Shown here: positions 46,092 to 55,475 of the stretch, in pieces
How the letters are laid out: each line of letters begins with the position of its first letter
How positions within the stretch are numbered: position 1 is the first letter of the stretch
NCBI GenBank assembly: GCA_963829255.1
Contig: CAWHIG010000016.1
Coordinates: 10,145 to 74,144, forward strand
DNA length: 64,000 nucleotides
Origin: an uncultured Bacteroidales bacterium
Lineage (GTDB): Bacteria > Bacteroidota > Bacteroidia > Bacteroidales > VadinHA17
Reading direction: 5' to 3'
The notes under the pieces: model-generated
Told to the model about the DNA's origin: nothing
What the model saw: the letters and a program-made list of their open reading frames with translations, nothing else
Databases searched by the model: none
Translations under genes and position numbers: made by a program

Positions 46092-48515
46092 GTGACCTTG
46101 AAATTTTTTAGACTCTATTTCCTTTTTTCTTTGGTAACTACCGGAATCAGCGGACAGCTAGCTGAACGTTACACTATTAGCGGTTATATCAAAGAGGCCA
46201 TAAGCGGTGAATCTCTTATAGGAGTAAATATCTATCTGTCAGACCATAAAACAGGAACAGTAACAAATACTTACGGCTTCTATTCAATAACATTACCGGC
46301 TGCTGATTCCATTGAACTTATTGCTTCATACATCGGATTTACTCCTGAAGATACGTAAAGTATCTTTTCACAAAAATATTGAGCTCAATATTGATCTGAA
46401 ACCCAATATTTTACTAGATGAAGTTACTATTACTGCCGATCGCAAAGAGAAGCAGAGCGAATCTGTAAAAATGAGCACAGTTAAACTGCAGGTTGCGCAA
46501 ATTAAAAATGTACCCTCGCTGCTTGGCGAAAAAGATGTGCTTAAAGTTCTCCAGCTTATGCCGGGGGTGCAGAAAGGGTCGGAAGGAAACAGTGGTTTAT
46601 ATGTCCGGGGAGGAGGACCTGATCAAAACCTGATCATTCTCGACGATGCCATAGTATATAATGCCAGCCACCTTTTCGGATTCTTCTCGTTATTTAACGG
46701 TGATGCCCTGAAAAGCGTTGAGCTTACAAAAGGTGGATTCCCGGCCCGGTATGGCGGACGACTATCTTCAGTGCTGGAGATGAACATGAAGGAAGGTAAT
46801 AAAGAAGAATGGCATGGAGAAGGTGGCATAGGGATTATTTCCTCGCGTATGACTGTTGAGGGACCTTTAAAAAAGGGGAAGTCCTCAATACTTCTGTCAG
46901 GAAGGAGAACATATGTTGACTTACTTCTCAGACCGGTGTTAGCTGCAGCGAAGACAGAAAATAGCGGGTACTACTTTTACGACTTTAATGCCAAAATCAA
47001 CTATGACTTTGGCAGAAATAACAAACTTTACCTGAGCGGGTATTTCGGGAAGGATAAATTCTATCTGAAAAATAACTCCGGTGGTGTAATAGAAAATGTT
47101 GGTTTCCTTTGGGGAAATGCAACAGGTACACTGCGGTGGAATCATCTCTTCAGTAATAAACTCTTTGCAAATGCTTCTGCTATTTACAGTAGCTACAAAT
47201 TTGGTGTTTATGACAAGTACAAGGTCATTAAGGAGAATAAAAATTATTATGCAGAATACTATTCAGGTATCCGCGATCTGTCGGTCAAGTATGACATTGA
47301 CTATATTCCAAATCCAAACCATTGGATCAAAATCGGGGCAATTTCGATTTTCCACAGATTCAAACCGCATGCTTTTGTTGAACTTGATGTGCCGAATAAT
47401 ATTAATATCAGGGAGATCAGTTATACAGATGGTGTCGAATCAGGCATCTATGCTGAAGATACCTGGCAACCTTTTCAGTCGTTAAAGGTAAACGGGGGAG
47501 TACGCTTCAGTCATTTCCTTGCCTCAAAGAATCAATATCATTTTTTTGAACCCAGACTTGCCCTGGCCTGGAGGCTAAAAAATGATTTCGCTCTGAAAGG
47601 ATCATATGCTTCCATGAACCAATATATTCATATGATTTCAGGAACTGGTATCAGTCTGCCCACCGATTTATGGGTACCTACAACAGACAGAGTCAGACCT
47701 CAGCAGTCGCGACAGCTGGCTCTCGGGACTGGTGAAAGACCTGCAAGGAGTCCGAATGCTTGCGCTTTCCCTTGAAGGGTTATTATAAAACTATGGATCA
47801 TGTAATCGGATATAAAGAAGGAGCCTCTTTTATCGACATTGATGAAGCAACCTCTGCAGTTGGTATAGAACTGGGAAGATAATGTTACTGCAGGCAGAGC
47901 CTGGTCGTACGGAGATTGAATTCCTTCTTCAGAAAAAAGAGGGCAGATTGACAGGATGGATCGGGTATACTTTATCGTGGACCCAGATGCAATTTGACTC
48001 CCTCAATTTCGGAAAAAAATATTATGCCCGGTACGATAGAAGGATATGATATATCAGTTGTAGCAATATATAAGCTAAACCAACCGGATAACCTTGTCTG
48101 GAACCTGGGTCTACGGAACCGGAAATGCAGTTACTCTGCCACTCTCAGAGATATAAAGTATCTGAGCATCCGGCTGATCTTCAGAGAACCAATCTTAAAT
48201 TTTTTATTCCGGCGAAGACGAGGTACGCTTTTGGCAGGAACGTAAATGACTATGAGTGAGAAGAACAATTTCCGGATGAGAGCCTATCACCGGCTGGACA
48301 TTGGTATTCAGTTTCATAAAGAGAAAAAAATGGGGAGAGAGGATCTGGGAAATATCATTTTACAACATGTATAACCGAAAAGAATCCTTTCTTCTACTTT
48401 GCTGAGAGAATAAATTATGACGAAAACTAAGACAGGCAAGTCCTATGAAAGACTTCTGAAACAGGTAAGTTTGTTTCCTATAATCCCATCATTCTCCTGG
48501 TCATTTAAATTTTAA
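46092..48515 (+). pseudogene. TonB-dependent receptor, copy 2 (tandem paralog), many frame shifts
   Basis: ORFs 46092..46358 and 46312..47775 plus short pieces align along the whole length of copy 1. There are long identical stretches such as GLYVRGGGPDQNLIILDDAIVYNASHLFGFFSLFNGDALKSVELTKGGFPARYGGRLSSVLEMNMKEGNKE. After 47730 the frame changes every few dozen codons. The C-terminus ...LKQVSLFPIIPSFSWSFKF ends at 48515. Confidence 0.85.
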
Positions 48516-48518
48516 GAG

Positions 48519-49415
48519 ATGAAAACATTCCGGATTAAATATTATATCCCTTTTTTAATATTGATTTTTACATTTGCCTGTGAATCCGATGCAGATCATG
48601 GTAAAAGCTCCTGCATTTGAAACAGGAGCTCGTGATAACGGCATTTATATCGCCTGCGGGAAATAAAAACATCCTATTTCCGTGTAACTACAAATAAGAA
48701 AAATATATGGAAAGAACTGGATACGGAAGAGCCACTTGGATTAGTGTCTGGATTCGATCTCAGATGGTACAGATGAAGTGGCACTCGACACCTGCAGTAT
48801 TGGTCTGAAACTGAATCATAGAAAAAATGCAGATCCAATATGGCAAGACGTATAAACTAAGAGTTTATAGCGAAAATGGATTGAGTGCTGAGGCAGAATG
48901 TACTGTCCCGGCCAGGAAGAAACTTTTCTATTGAGAGTGGACACATTTTCAATACTGACAGAGGAATCCATGTACAGTCCCTATCCTGGAATATACCGGA
49001 GTTTAAATGTCAGAGTTAAATTTTCATAGATCTATCCGGGAGAAGAAAACTTCTACAGGATTTTTGAGTACTTTCAGAGCTTATTCGCCACGCGTTCAAG
49101 GGTCAGGCCACATTTCATTTGATGAAAGGAGTTCATTAAAAGTGATAAAGGTATGAGATGGCGAAAGATTTTGTTGATCAATATGGACAAGAATAACAGT
49201 TACCTCATTTCATATGCAAAGGATTCATTCGTTCCTTAACGTTTATCTATTCAACACGGAAAAATCTTACTATCAGTTTCATAAATCATTTGCAAAATTA
49301 TATTGATGGTGAGGATCCTTTTACTGAAGCTACCCCACTGTATACAAATATAATTGGTGGATTTGGTGTTTTTACCTCATATACCGTCGATTCGTTGCTA
49401 TTAAGACTTAAATGA
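48519..49415 (+). pseudogene. DUF4249-type lipoprotein, copy 2, many frame shifts
   Basis: It starts MKTFRIKYYIPFLILIFTFAC and ends ...GEDPFTEATPLYTNIIGGFGVFTSYTVDSLLLRLK, parallel to copy 1 (GEDPFTEPSPLYSNITGGLGIFAAYTVDSIIFRLK). In between the frame is broken repeatedly. Confidence 0.8.
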
Positions 49416-49817
49416 TCATAAGTTTACCCACAAAGGGGCACAAGCGTTAAGAAATCGCCATCAACGAATCCGCCAGCTGGCGGTTAACGAAGCTTTGACT
49501 CTGTAAGTATAACATCTAAGAAAATAGTCAAAATTTATGTCTCGTAATTAACAAAGTATTATTTAATATTACTCATTATATGTCAATTACAAATTTTAAC
49601 ATATGATTAACAAATCATTAACAAAAAAACATGCAACAATTTGATTTCCCAAACGTCTATACATTGAATGAGAGACAAAAAGACAATTAACAATAAGTTG
49701 GACAGTTCTTTTTTTATTGATTCACTTTTAATGAAATAATAAGTTTTTTCTTACGATAGTTTAAATTTCTCTATAATCGCCATTCGGCAGATTCTACGAT
49801 CAGGTTTAGGTAAATCA

Positions 49818-49857
49818 AGGAAAGACGCCTCCCGGTGTCTTTCCTTTCTTTTTTTTT
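49818..49857 (+). terminator. Strong intrinsic-terminator-like hairpin with T-run, 38 nt upstream of the dcp start codon
   Basis: aggaaagacgcc tccc ggtgtctttcct forms a 12-bp stem with one G-T pair. It is followed by ttcttttttttt. Confidence 0.6.
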
Positions 49858-49894
49858 GTATTTTCGCCAGATAACCGAAACCAAATTGATCGAT

Positions 49895-52003
49895 ATGAAA
49901 AAGACCCTGATTCTAATGTTTTTGACAGCTATGGCATTAGTCACCAGTTGTAAAGAGGAGGTAAAGAGCGATAATCCTTTCTTCAGCACCTATAAGACTC
50001 CATTCGAGGTACCACCGTTTGAACAGATAAAAGCGGCTCATTTTATGCCTGCTTATATTAAGGGATTTGCAGAACAACGAACTGAAATAAAAGCTATTAT
50101 AAAAAATCCCAAAGTTCCTGATTTTGAAAATACAATTAAACCACTTGAATACAGCGGACAGCTTCTTACTAAAGTCAGCAGGGTATTCGGGGCACTAAAT
50201 TCTGCAAACACAAATGACACATTGCAGAAAATCAATAAGGAACTTGCCCCTCTCTTATCAAAGAACAGAGACGATATTAACCTCAATGACAGCCTTTTTC
50301 AGCGGGTCAAATCAGTTTATGAAAATCGTGATAAATTTAAATTAACTGAAGAGGAGAAAAAGGTTCTTGATGATACCTACAAAAGCTTTGTAAGAAGCGG
50401 GGCTGCGTTAACTGCAGAAGATAAACTTAAACTTCGCAAAATTAATGAAGAACTCTCTCTCCTTTCTGTTCAGTTTGGCCAAAACCTGCTTGCTGAAACA
50501 AACGGATTCCAGCTTGTGGTTGACAGAAAGGAAGATCTGACAGGATTGCCGGATGGAGCTATTGCCCAGGCAGCAGCTACGGCAAAAAACCTGAAAATGG
50601 ATGGCAAATGGGTGTTCACAATACAGTATCCGATAATGGAACAATTTCTGAAATATTCCCAGAAGCGCGATCTGAGGCAAAAGCTTTTCACTGCCTATTT
50701 CATGAAAGGTGACAATGATAACGATCATGATAACAAACAGATAATATCCAGAATTGCAAAACTCAGGCTTGAAAGATCAAACCTTCTGGGTTATAAGAGC
50801 TATGCAGATTATGCACTTGAAAGGAATATGGCCAAAACACCTGAAAAAGTCTTCGGGTTCCTGGGTCAGGTCTGGAATGCAGCTCTCCCCTTTGCTAAGG
50901 CTGAGGCAACTGCGCAGCAGGAATTAATCGACCGTGAAGGTGGTAAGTTTAAACTTGAACCATGGGACTGGTGGTACTATACCGAAAAGATAAAGAAGGA
51001 AAAATATGATCTCAGCGATGAAGTTACCAGACCCTATTTTAAGATTGACAACGTAATGGAGGGCATGTTTTACGTTGCCAATCGGTTATACGGACTTGAA
51101 TTCAATAAAAGAAATGATATCCCTAAATATCATCCCGACGTAAATACATTTGAAGTGAAAAGGGCTGGGAAACATGTTGGTATCTTAATGATTGATAACT
51201 ATCCCCGCTCCTCAAAGAGAGCCGGTGCCTGGTGTGGAGCATTCAGGGGACAAAGCCGTGATATAAACGGGAAAATGATCTATCCGATAGTGACAATGGT
51301 TACAAATTCGACTCCCCCTTCTGCTGATAAACCATCATTGCTTACTGCTGATGAAGCTTCTACACTGTTCCATGAGTTTGGTCATGCACTCCATCAACTG
51401 CTTTCAAACTCAACTTATCCGGGCGTTTCAGGTACTTCGGTACCCCGCGACTTTGTGGAATTGCCATCACAGATTATGGAACACTGGGCCCTGGAGCCGG
51501 AAGTACTTAAGGTGTATGCAAAGCATTATCAGACCGGTGAAATAATCCCCGCTGAGATTGTTGAAAAGCTTGATAAGGCAAGTAAATTCAATACAGGTTT
51601 TATAACTGTGGAATACCTTGCTGCTGCACTCCTTGATATGGAATATCATACAATTAAAGATTCGGTGAATCTTGATATCCGTTCATTCGAAAAAACTGCA
51701 ATGGACAAATATGGTCTCATACCGGAAATCAAACCAAGGTACCGGTCGACATATTTTAATCATATCTGGTCGGGTGGATACGCTGCTGGCTACTACAGTT
51801 ATATCTGGTGCGAAATTCTTGATGCTGATGCATTCCAGGCATTCAAGGAAACCGGGGACATATTCAACAAAGAGGTGGCGGCAAGGTTTGAAAAAGAGAT
51901 CCTTTCAAAAGGCGGAACAAGAGATGCGCATGATATGTATATTGCATTCCGGGGGAAAGAGCCAAGTATTGATGCTCTTCTCATAAACAGAGGACTAAAA
52001 TAG
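49895..52003 (+). CDS. dcp: M3-family peptidyl-dipeptidase (Dcp-like), lipoprotein
   Basis: The ORF runs 49835..52003. The likely start is the ATG at 49895 (MKKTLILMFLTAMALVTSC). The zinc motif HEFGHALH is present, with M3 family sequence throughout. Confidence 0.85.
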   Translation: MKKTLILMFLTAMALVTSCKEEVKSDNPFFSTYKTPFEVPPFEQIKAAHFMPAYIKGFAEQRTEIKAIIKNPKVPDFENTIKPLEYSGQLLTKVSRVFGALNSANTNDTLQKINKELAPLLSKNRDDINLNDSLFQRVKSVYENRDKFKLTEEEKKVLDDTYKSFVRSGAALTAEDKLKLRKINEELSLLSVQFGQNLLAETNGFQLVVDRKEDLTGLPDGAIAQAAATAKNLKMDGKWVFTIQYPIMEQFLKYSQKRDLRQKLFTAYFMKGDNDNDHDNKQIISRIAKLRLERSNLLGYKSYADYALERNMAKTPEKVFGFLGQVWNAALPFAKAEATAQQELIDREGGKFKLEPWDWWYYTEKIKKEKYDLSDEVTRPYFKIDNVMEGMFYVANRLYGLEFNKRNDIPKYHPDVNTFEVKRAGKHVGILMIDNYPRSSKRAGAWCGAFRGQSRDINGKMIYPIVTMVTNSTPPSADKPSLLTADEASTLFHEFGHALHQLLSNSTYPGVSGTSVPRDFVELPSQIMEHWALEPEVLKVYAKHYQTGEIIPAEIVEKLDKASKFNTGFITVEYLAAALLDMEYHTIKDSVNLDIRSFEKTAMDKYGLIPEIKPRYRSTYFNHIWSGGYAAGYYSYIWCEILDADAFQAFKETGDIFNKEVAARFEKEILSKGGTRDAHDMYIAFRGKEPSIDALLINRGLK

Positions 52004-52013
52004 CCAGACAGAT

Positions 52014-54101
52014 ATGCAAATCAGGCTGTTATTCACATACATTCTATTGACCTCTTGTACATTTACATGGGCTGCAAAAGATCATGCGCCGACAGCCATA
52101 AAAGGTATACTGGATCTTCGTGGGATCAGGAATGCCGATCATTTCATTGTAAAACTTAACGGGGAGTGGGAATTTTATTGGAATAAAATGTTGCGCCCCT
52201 TCGATTTCGAAGGAAGGAATCTTAAACCCGATTACTATGGAAAGGTCCCTTCATACTGGACAGATTATCCGCAGGATTCGGTTAAGACTGAAAATTTTGG
52301 TTATGCCACTTACAGGTTAACTGTCTTATTTCCAACAGGATTTAATAAGCCGTTGGGAATTGATCTTCCTGTATTTGATTCCTCATATGATATTTATCTG
52401 AACGGGAAATATCTTGGCGGTAACGGAACACCCGGAAAATCATCCGCTGAAACAAAACCTGAGTACAAAAGAAATTTTTACAGGATTACACCGGAGTCAG
52501 ATTCTCTGAAAATAATCATAAACGTTTCAAACTATGATCACCGCCGGGGTGGATTCTGGTTACCTGTAAAGTTGGGAACTTTCGGTGAGGTGCAGAAGCA
52601 AATGGCCAACAGCTGGGCTGCGGAATGGTCTGTTATCAGCCTTCTTTTAGGATTCTCACTGTTTTTCCTGTTCTTTTTTATCATTTCCCCTAAGGAAAAG
52701 ATCATGGTTTTCTTCAGCATGACAACCATTGGTCTTGCCTTGAGACCACTTTTTACCTCCCATTATCTCATTCTTAATCTGTTCAATATGGATTGGGTCT
52801 GGATCGTCAGATTTGAATACCTGGGACTTTTTCTGATTCTGATCGGCTGGGTCTGGTATGTTTTAAATCTATATCCTTCGAAGTTTTTCAAAGTTATCGC
52901 CTGGCTTGTTACTGTACTTTTTTCCCTGGCGTTTATTTCAGCACTATATCTGCCGGTAAAAATCTTTAGTTACTCAGCATTAGCGTACTATCCCTTGATG
53001 ATAGTGATTATATTATATCTTTTAGTCATGAGTTTTATCGGCTCATTGAAAAAAAATTCTATCGATATAATATATTTTTTGGCATTTGTCTTATTGCTGG
53101 TAGGTGGGATTCATGATATGATGGTATCGCTGGGAAGATCGGATAGCACCATTGGATATTCACTTACTTATATCATTGTACTTTTTGTATTCATTCAGGC
53201 ATTTATTTTACTTTATAGATGGGTACGGTCGTATCGTGAGAAGGAAAGACTCCAAAATGAACTTGAATTCATGAACAGGAACCTCGAACACCTTATTAAT
53301 GAAAGAACCCTGGAACTAAAAACCAGGAATGAAGAGATTGGGAAACAGAACGATAAAATTGCACTTCAAAACAAACAGCTGTCTGATACAATACAGTTGA
53401 AGAACAGGATCTTTTCTGTCATTGCACATGATTTAAGAAGCCCGGTAGTGAACATCCTTTACATGCTTAATCTTCTTAAAGAGAAAGAGTATAAAGAGAA
53501 ATATGATATTTTTGCAAATTCAAGTATTCAATATGCACAGCTTGTAATCAGTCTCCTTGAGAACATGCTGGTATGGGGCAGGGATCAGGAGGACAAAATA
53601 AAGTATTCTCCTGAACAACGCGATCTTGCTGATATAATACTTACAAACCTGAGTATATTCAAAGAGACTTCTGACAAAAAAGAAATATCAGTTAATTTCA
53701 CCCAGGTTGGAAATTCAATTGCTTATTTTGATAAAGACCTGCTGGATATTATAATCAGAAATCTTCTGTCTAATGCCGTAAAATACACCCCACGGGGAGG
53801 CAGGATAAGCATACTTCTTAAGGATAAAACAATGAATGGTGAAGTAATGATGCTGAAGGTTTGCGATAATGGCATCGGAATTCCGATGACAAAGCAAAAA
53901 TATCTCTTTACATCCAGGGAAATCGAAAGCACTCCCGGAACAGAAAATGAAAAGGGAACCGGTTTGGGTTTAAAACTTTGCCATGAGTTAGCAGAAATAA
54001 ACAATGGCAGCATCGCTGTTGAAAGTAAACCGGGTGAAGGAACATGTTTCATAATCACTCTCCCGAGGGAAAAAGGATCCGTACCCGCAGGGAAGCAATG
54101 A
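52014..54101 (+). CDS. 7TMR-DISM sensor histidine kinase
   Basis: 695-aa ORF with an extracellular DISMED2-like domain, seven TM helices and a coiled coil. Kinase motifs are the H-box FSVIAHDLRSPV and N/G boxes NLLSNAVKYT, DNGIGI and GTGLGL. No adjacent response regulator is present. Confidence 0.85.
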   Translation: MQIRLLFTYILLTSCTFTWAAKDHAPTAIKGILDLRGIRNADHFIVKLNGEWEFYWNKMLRPFDFEGRNLKPDYYGKVPSYWTDYPQDSVKTENFGYATYRLTVLFPTGFNKPLGIDLPVFDSSYDIYLNGKYLGGNGTPGKSSAETKPEYKRNFYRITPESDSLKIIINVSNYDHRRGGFWLPVKLGTFGEVQKQMANSWAAEWSVISLLLGFSLFFLFFFIISPKEKIMVFFSMTTIGLALRPLFTSHYLILNLFNMDWVWIVRFEYLGLFLILIGWVWYVLNLYPSKFFKVIAWLVTVLFSLAFISALYLPVKIFSYSALAYYPLMIVIILYLLVMSFIGSLKKNSIDIIYFLAFVLLLVGGIHDMMVSLGRSDSTIGYSLTYIIVLFVFIQAFILLYRWVRSYREKERLQNELEFMNRNLEHLINERTLELKTRNEEIGKQNDKIALQNKQLSDTIQLKNRIFSVIAHDLRSPVVNILYMLNLLKEKEYKEKYDIFANSSIQYAQLVISLLENMLVWGRDQEDKIKYSPEQRDLADIILTNLSIFKETSDKKEISVNFTQVGNSIAYFDKDLLDIIIRNLLSNAVKYTPRGGRISILLKDKTMNGEVMMLKVCDNGIGIPMTKQKYLFTSREIESTPGTENEKGTGLGLKLCHELAEINNGSIAVESKPGEGTCFIITLPREKGSVPAGKQ

Positions 54102-54105
54102 TCAA

Positions 54106-54777
54106 TCAATCTATTGTAAGATCAGCAAGTCCTTCTTTATCAAATATATGTATGTTTTTCCCCTTTGCTTCAATATATCCGTCTGCTTCCATAACACTAA
54201 GTGCTCTAGCAACAGAAGGCCGTGCAACGCCAAAAAACTCAGCAAGATCGCTCTGTGTCATATTCAGGTTGACTGAGCTTAATTCCTGTCCTGCTTTTTG
54301 AAGGATGTAATGCGCCAGTTTCCCCTTTATCGTTTTAAAATTCAGGAATTTTATTTTCTCGGAAAGGAACTGGGAACGGTTTGAAATCATATCCAGGTAA
54401 TTTACCAGGATAATGTCATTCTTCATTAATAATTTAAGAAAATAGGGCTTTTCAATCAGAAGCATTTCAATATCGGTAATCGCAACCACATTCACAGGAA
54501 ATTTGTTCCTGCTTCCAAAGATGAACGCAGGAGCAATAGCGCCGGGTGCAGGAATATCCTCAATTTTTATTACCCTGCCGGTATAATCGACCATTTCGCC
54601 CTTCACTGCTCCTTTTGTTACAACCATCAGTGAATTAACCGGTTCTCCGCTTTGAGATATTATTGAACCTGCTTGAAATTTTTTAATCCTGTTGGGTACA
54701 CTCTTAAGAATTATTTCAATTTCATCAGGGGAAATTCCCTTGAATAAAGGAGCATTTGAGAGAAGTGAATAATCCAT
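54106..54777 (-). CDS. Crp/Fnr-family transcriptional regulator
   Basis: 223-aa ORF with a cNMP-binding-like beta-roll and a C-terminal HTH (TQSDLAEFFGVARPSVARALSVMEADGYI). Confidence 0.85.
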   Translation of the reverse strand: MDYSLLSNAPLFKGISPDEIEIILKSVPNRIKKFQAGSIISQSGEPVNSLMVVTKGAVKGEMVDYTGRVIKIEDIPAPGAIAPAFIFGSRNKFPVNVVAITDIEMLLIEKPYFLKLLMKNDIILVNYLDMISNRSQFLSEKIKFLNFKTIKGKLAHYILQKAGQELSSVNLNMTQSDLAEFFGVARPSVARALSVMEADGYIEAKGKNIHIFDKEGLADLTID

Positions 54778-55000
54778 TTTTTTATTTCAAAAGTAGTAAA
54801 TAACTCCAGTAACTATAGGTTTTCCGAAGTTTATAACCTCATCCCCCTCGCCTCCTTCTCCCGAGACTAATCTTTATACACATCTTTTTTTATTTAGCTC
54901 CAAAGAGCTGAATGTGAATAATCCCCGGCTTCTGTGAGGGGCTAATCATATTATAATCTGCAGCTATGAAGGAGCTGAATATAGGAATTATTAATAAGAT

Positions 55001-55176
55001 TGGAGATTCCTCGCTCCGCTCGGAATGACACGTCATTTCCTGGTCAAAGGGTGGAAGAAGCGGCGAGTCGGTTGCAGATTATTGATATAGAATTGATTCA
55101 TAAACCGAATCGCCGCTTCTTCCACCCATACATGCTACATGTCAATTGTCATTCCGAGCGGAGCGAGGAATCTCCA
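55001..55176. repeat. 176-nt nested perfect inverted repeat (MITE-like / long hairpin)
   Basis: The outer arms are 30 nt and perfect: tggagattcctcgctccgctcggaatgaca (55001-55030) / tgtcattccgagcggagcgaggaatctcca (55147-55176). The inner arms are 18 nt and perfect: gggtggaagaagcggcga (55049-55066) / tcgccgcttcttccaccc (55110-55127). The inner arms extend to 25 nt with one mismatch. Confidence 0.9.
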
Positions 55177-55404
55177 AGGGATAAGACTATGCTAATAAAA
55201 AAAGATCCCTTCAAACAAACGATCTTATAATCAGCTACCAACTCATGGAGATGTGTATAAAGATTAGCTTCAAAAGGAGAGCCTGCCCCGCTTTTGGCGG
55301 GGGGGAACTTTTTTATGCAGTATCTCCCTCTTCTCCAATGCTTATATTGACAGCGATGGAGTTTGAGGACAAACATCAAAAAGGGAAGAGAAATTGCTCT
55401 ATTT

Positions 55405-55420
55405 TGTAACATATGTTACA
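55405..55420. promoter_or_regulatory. Perfect 16-bp palindrome TGTAACATATGTTACA, candidate Crp/Fnr-family operator upstream of the Fe-S protein gene
   Basis: The sequence is self-complementary, 56 nt upstream of the ATG at 55476. It has TGTNA-N6-TNACA geometry, like CRP-family sites, and lies in the divergent region next to a Crp/Fnr gene. Confidence 0.5.
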
Positions 55421-55475
55421 CTTCACCTTATTCTATTTCTTCATTTTTGCTGAATATACTAATAAAACTACAATT

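Noticed and set aside
42712-49415. Mobile-element-mediated duplication of the receptor/lipoprotein unit
   Set aside because: No transposase, integrase, IS-type terminal inverted repeats or tRNA target flanks either copy. It is treated as a plain tandem paralog pair.
55000-55412. ORFs 55000..55230 (+) and 55149..55412 (-)
   Set aside because: Both are read through the arms of the 176-nt nested inverted repeat, giving mirror-image peptides such as SARNDTSF and CHSERSEESP. This is typical of spurious ORFs on palindromic elements.
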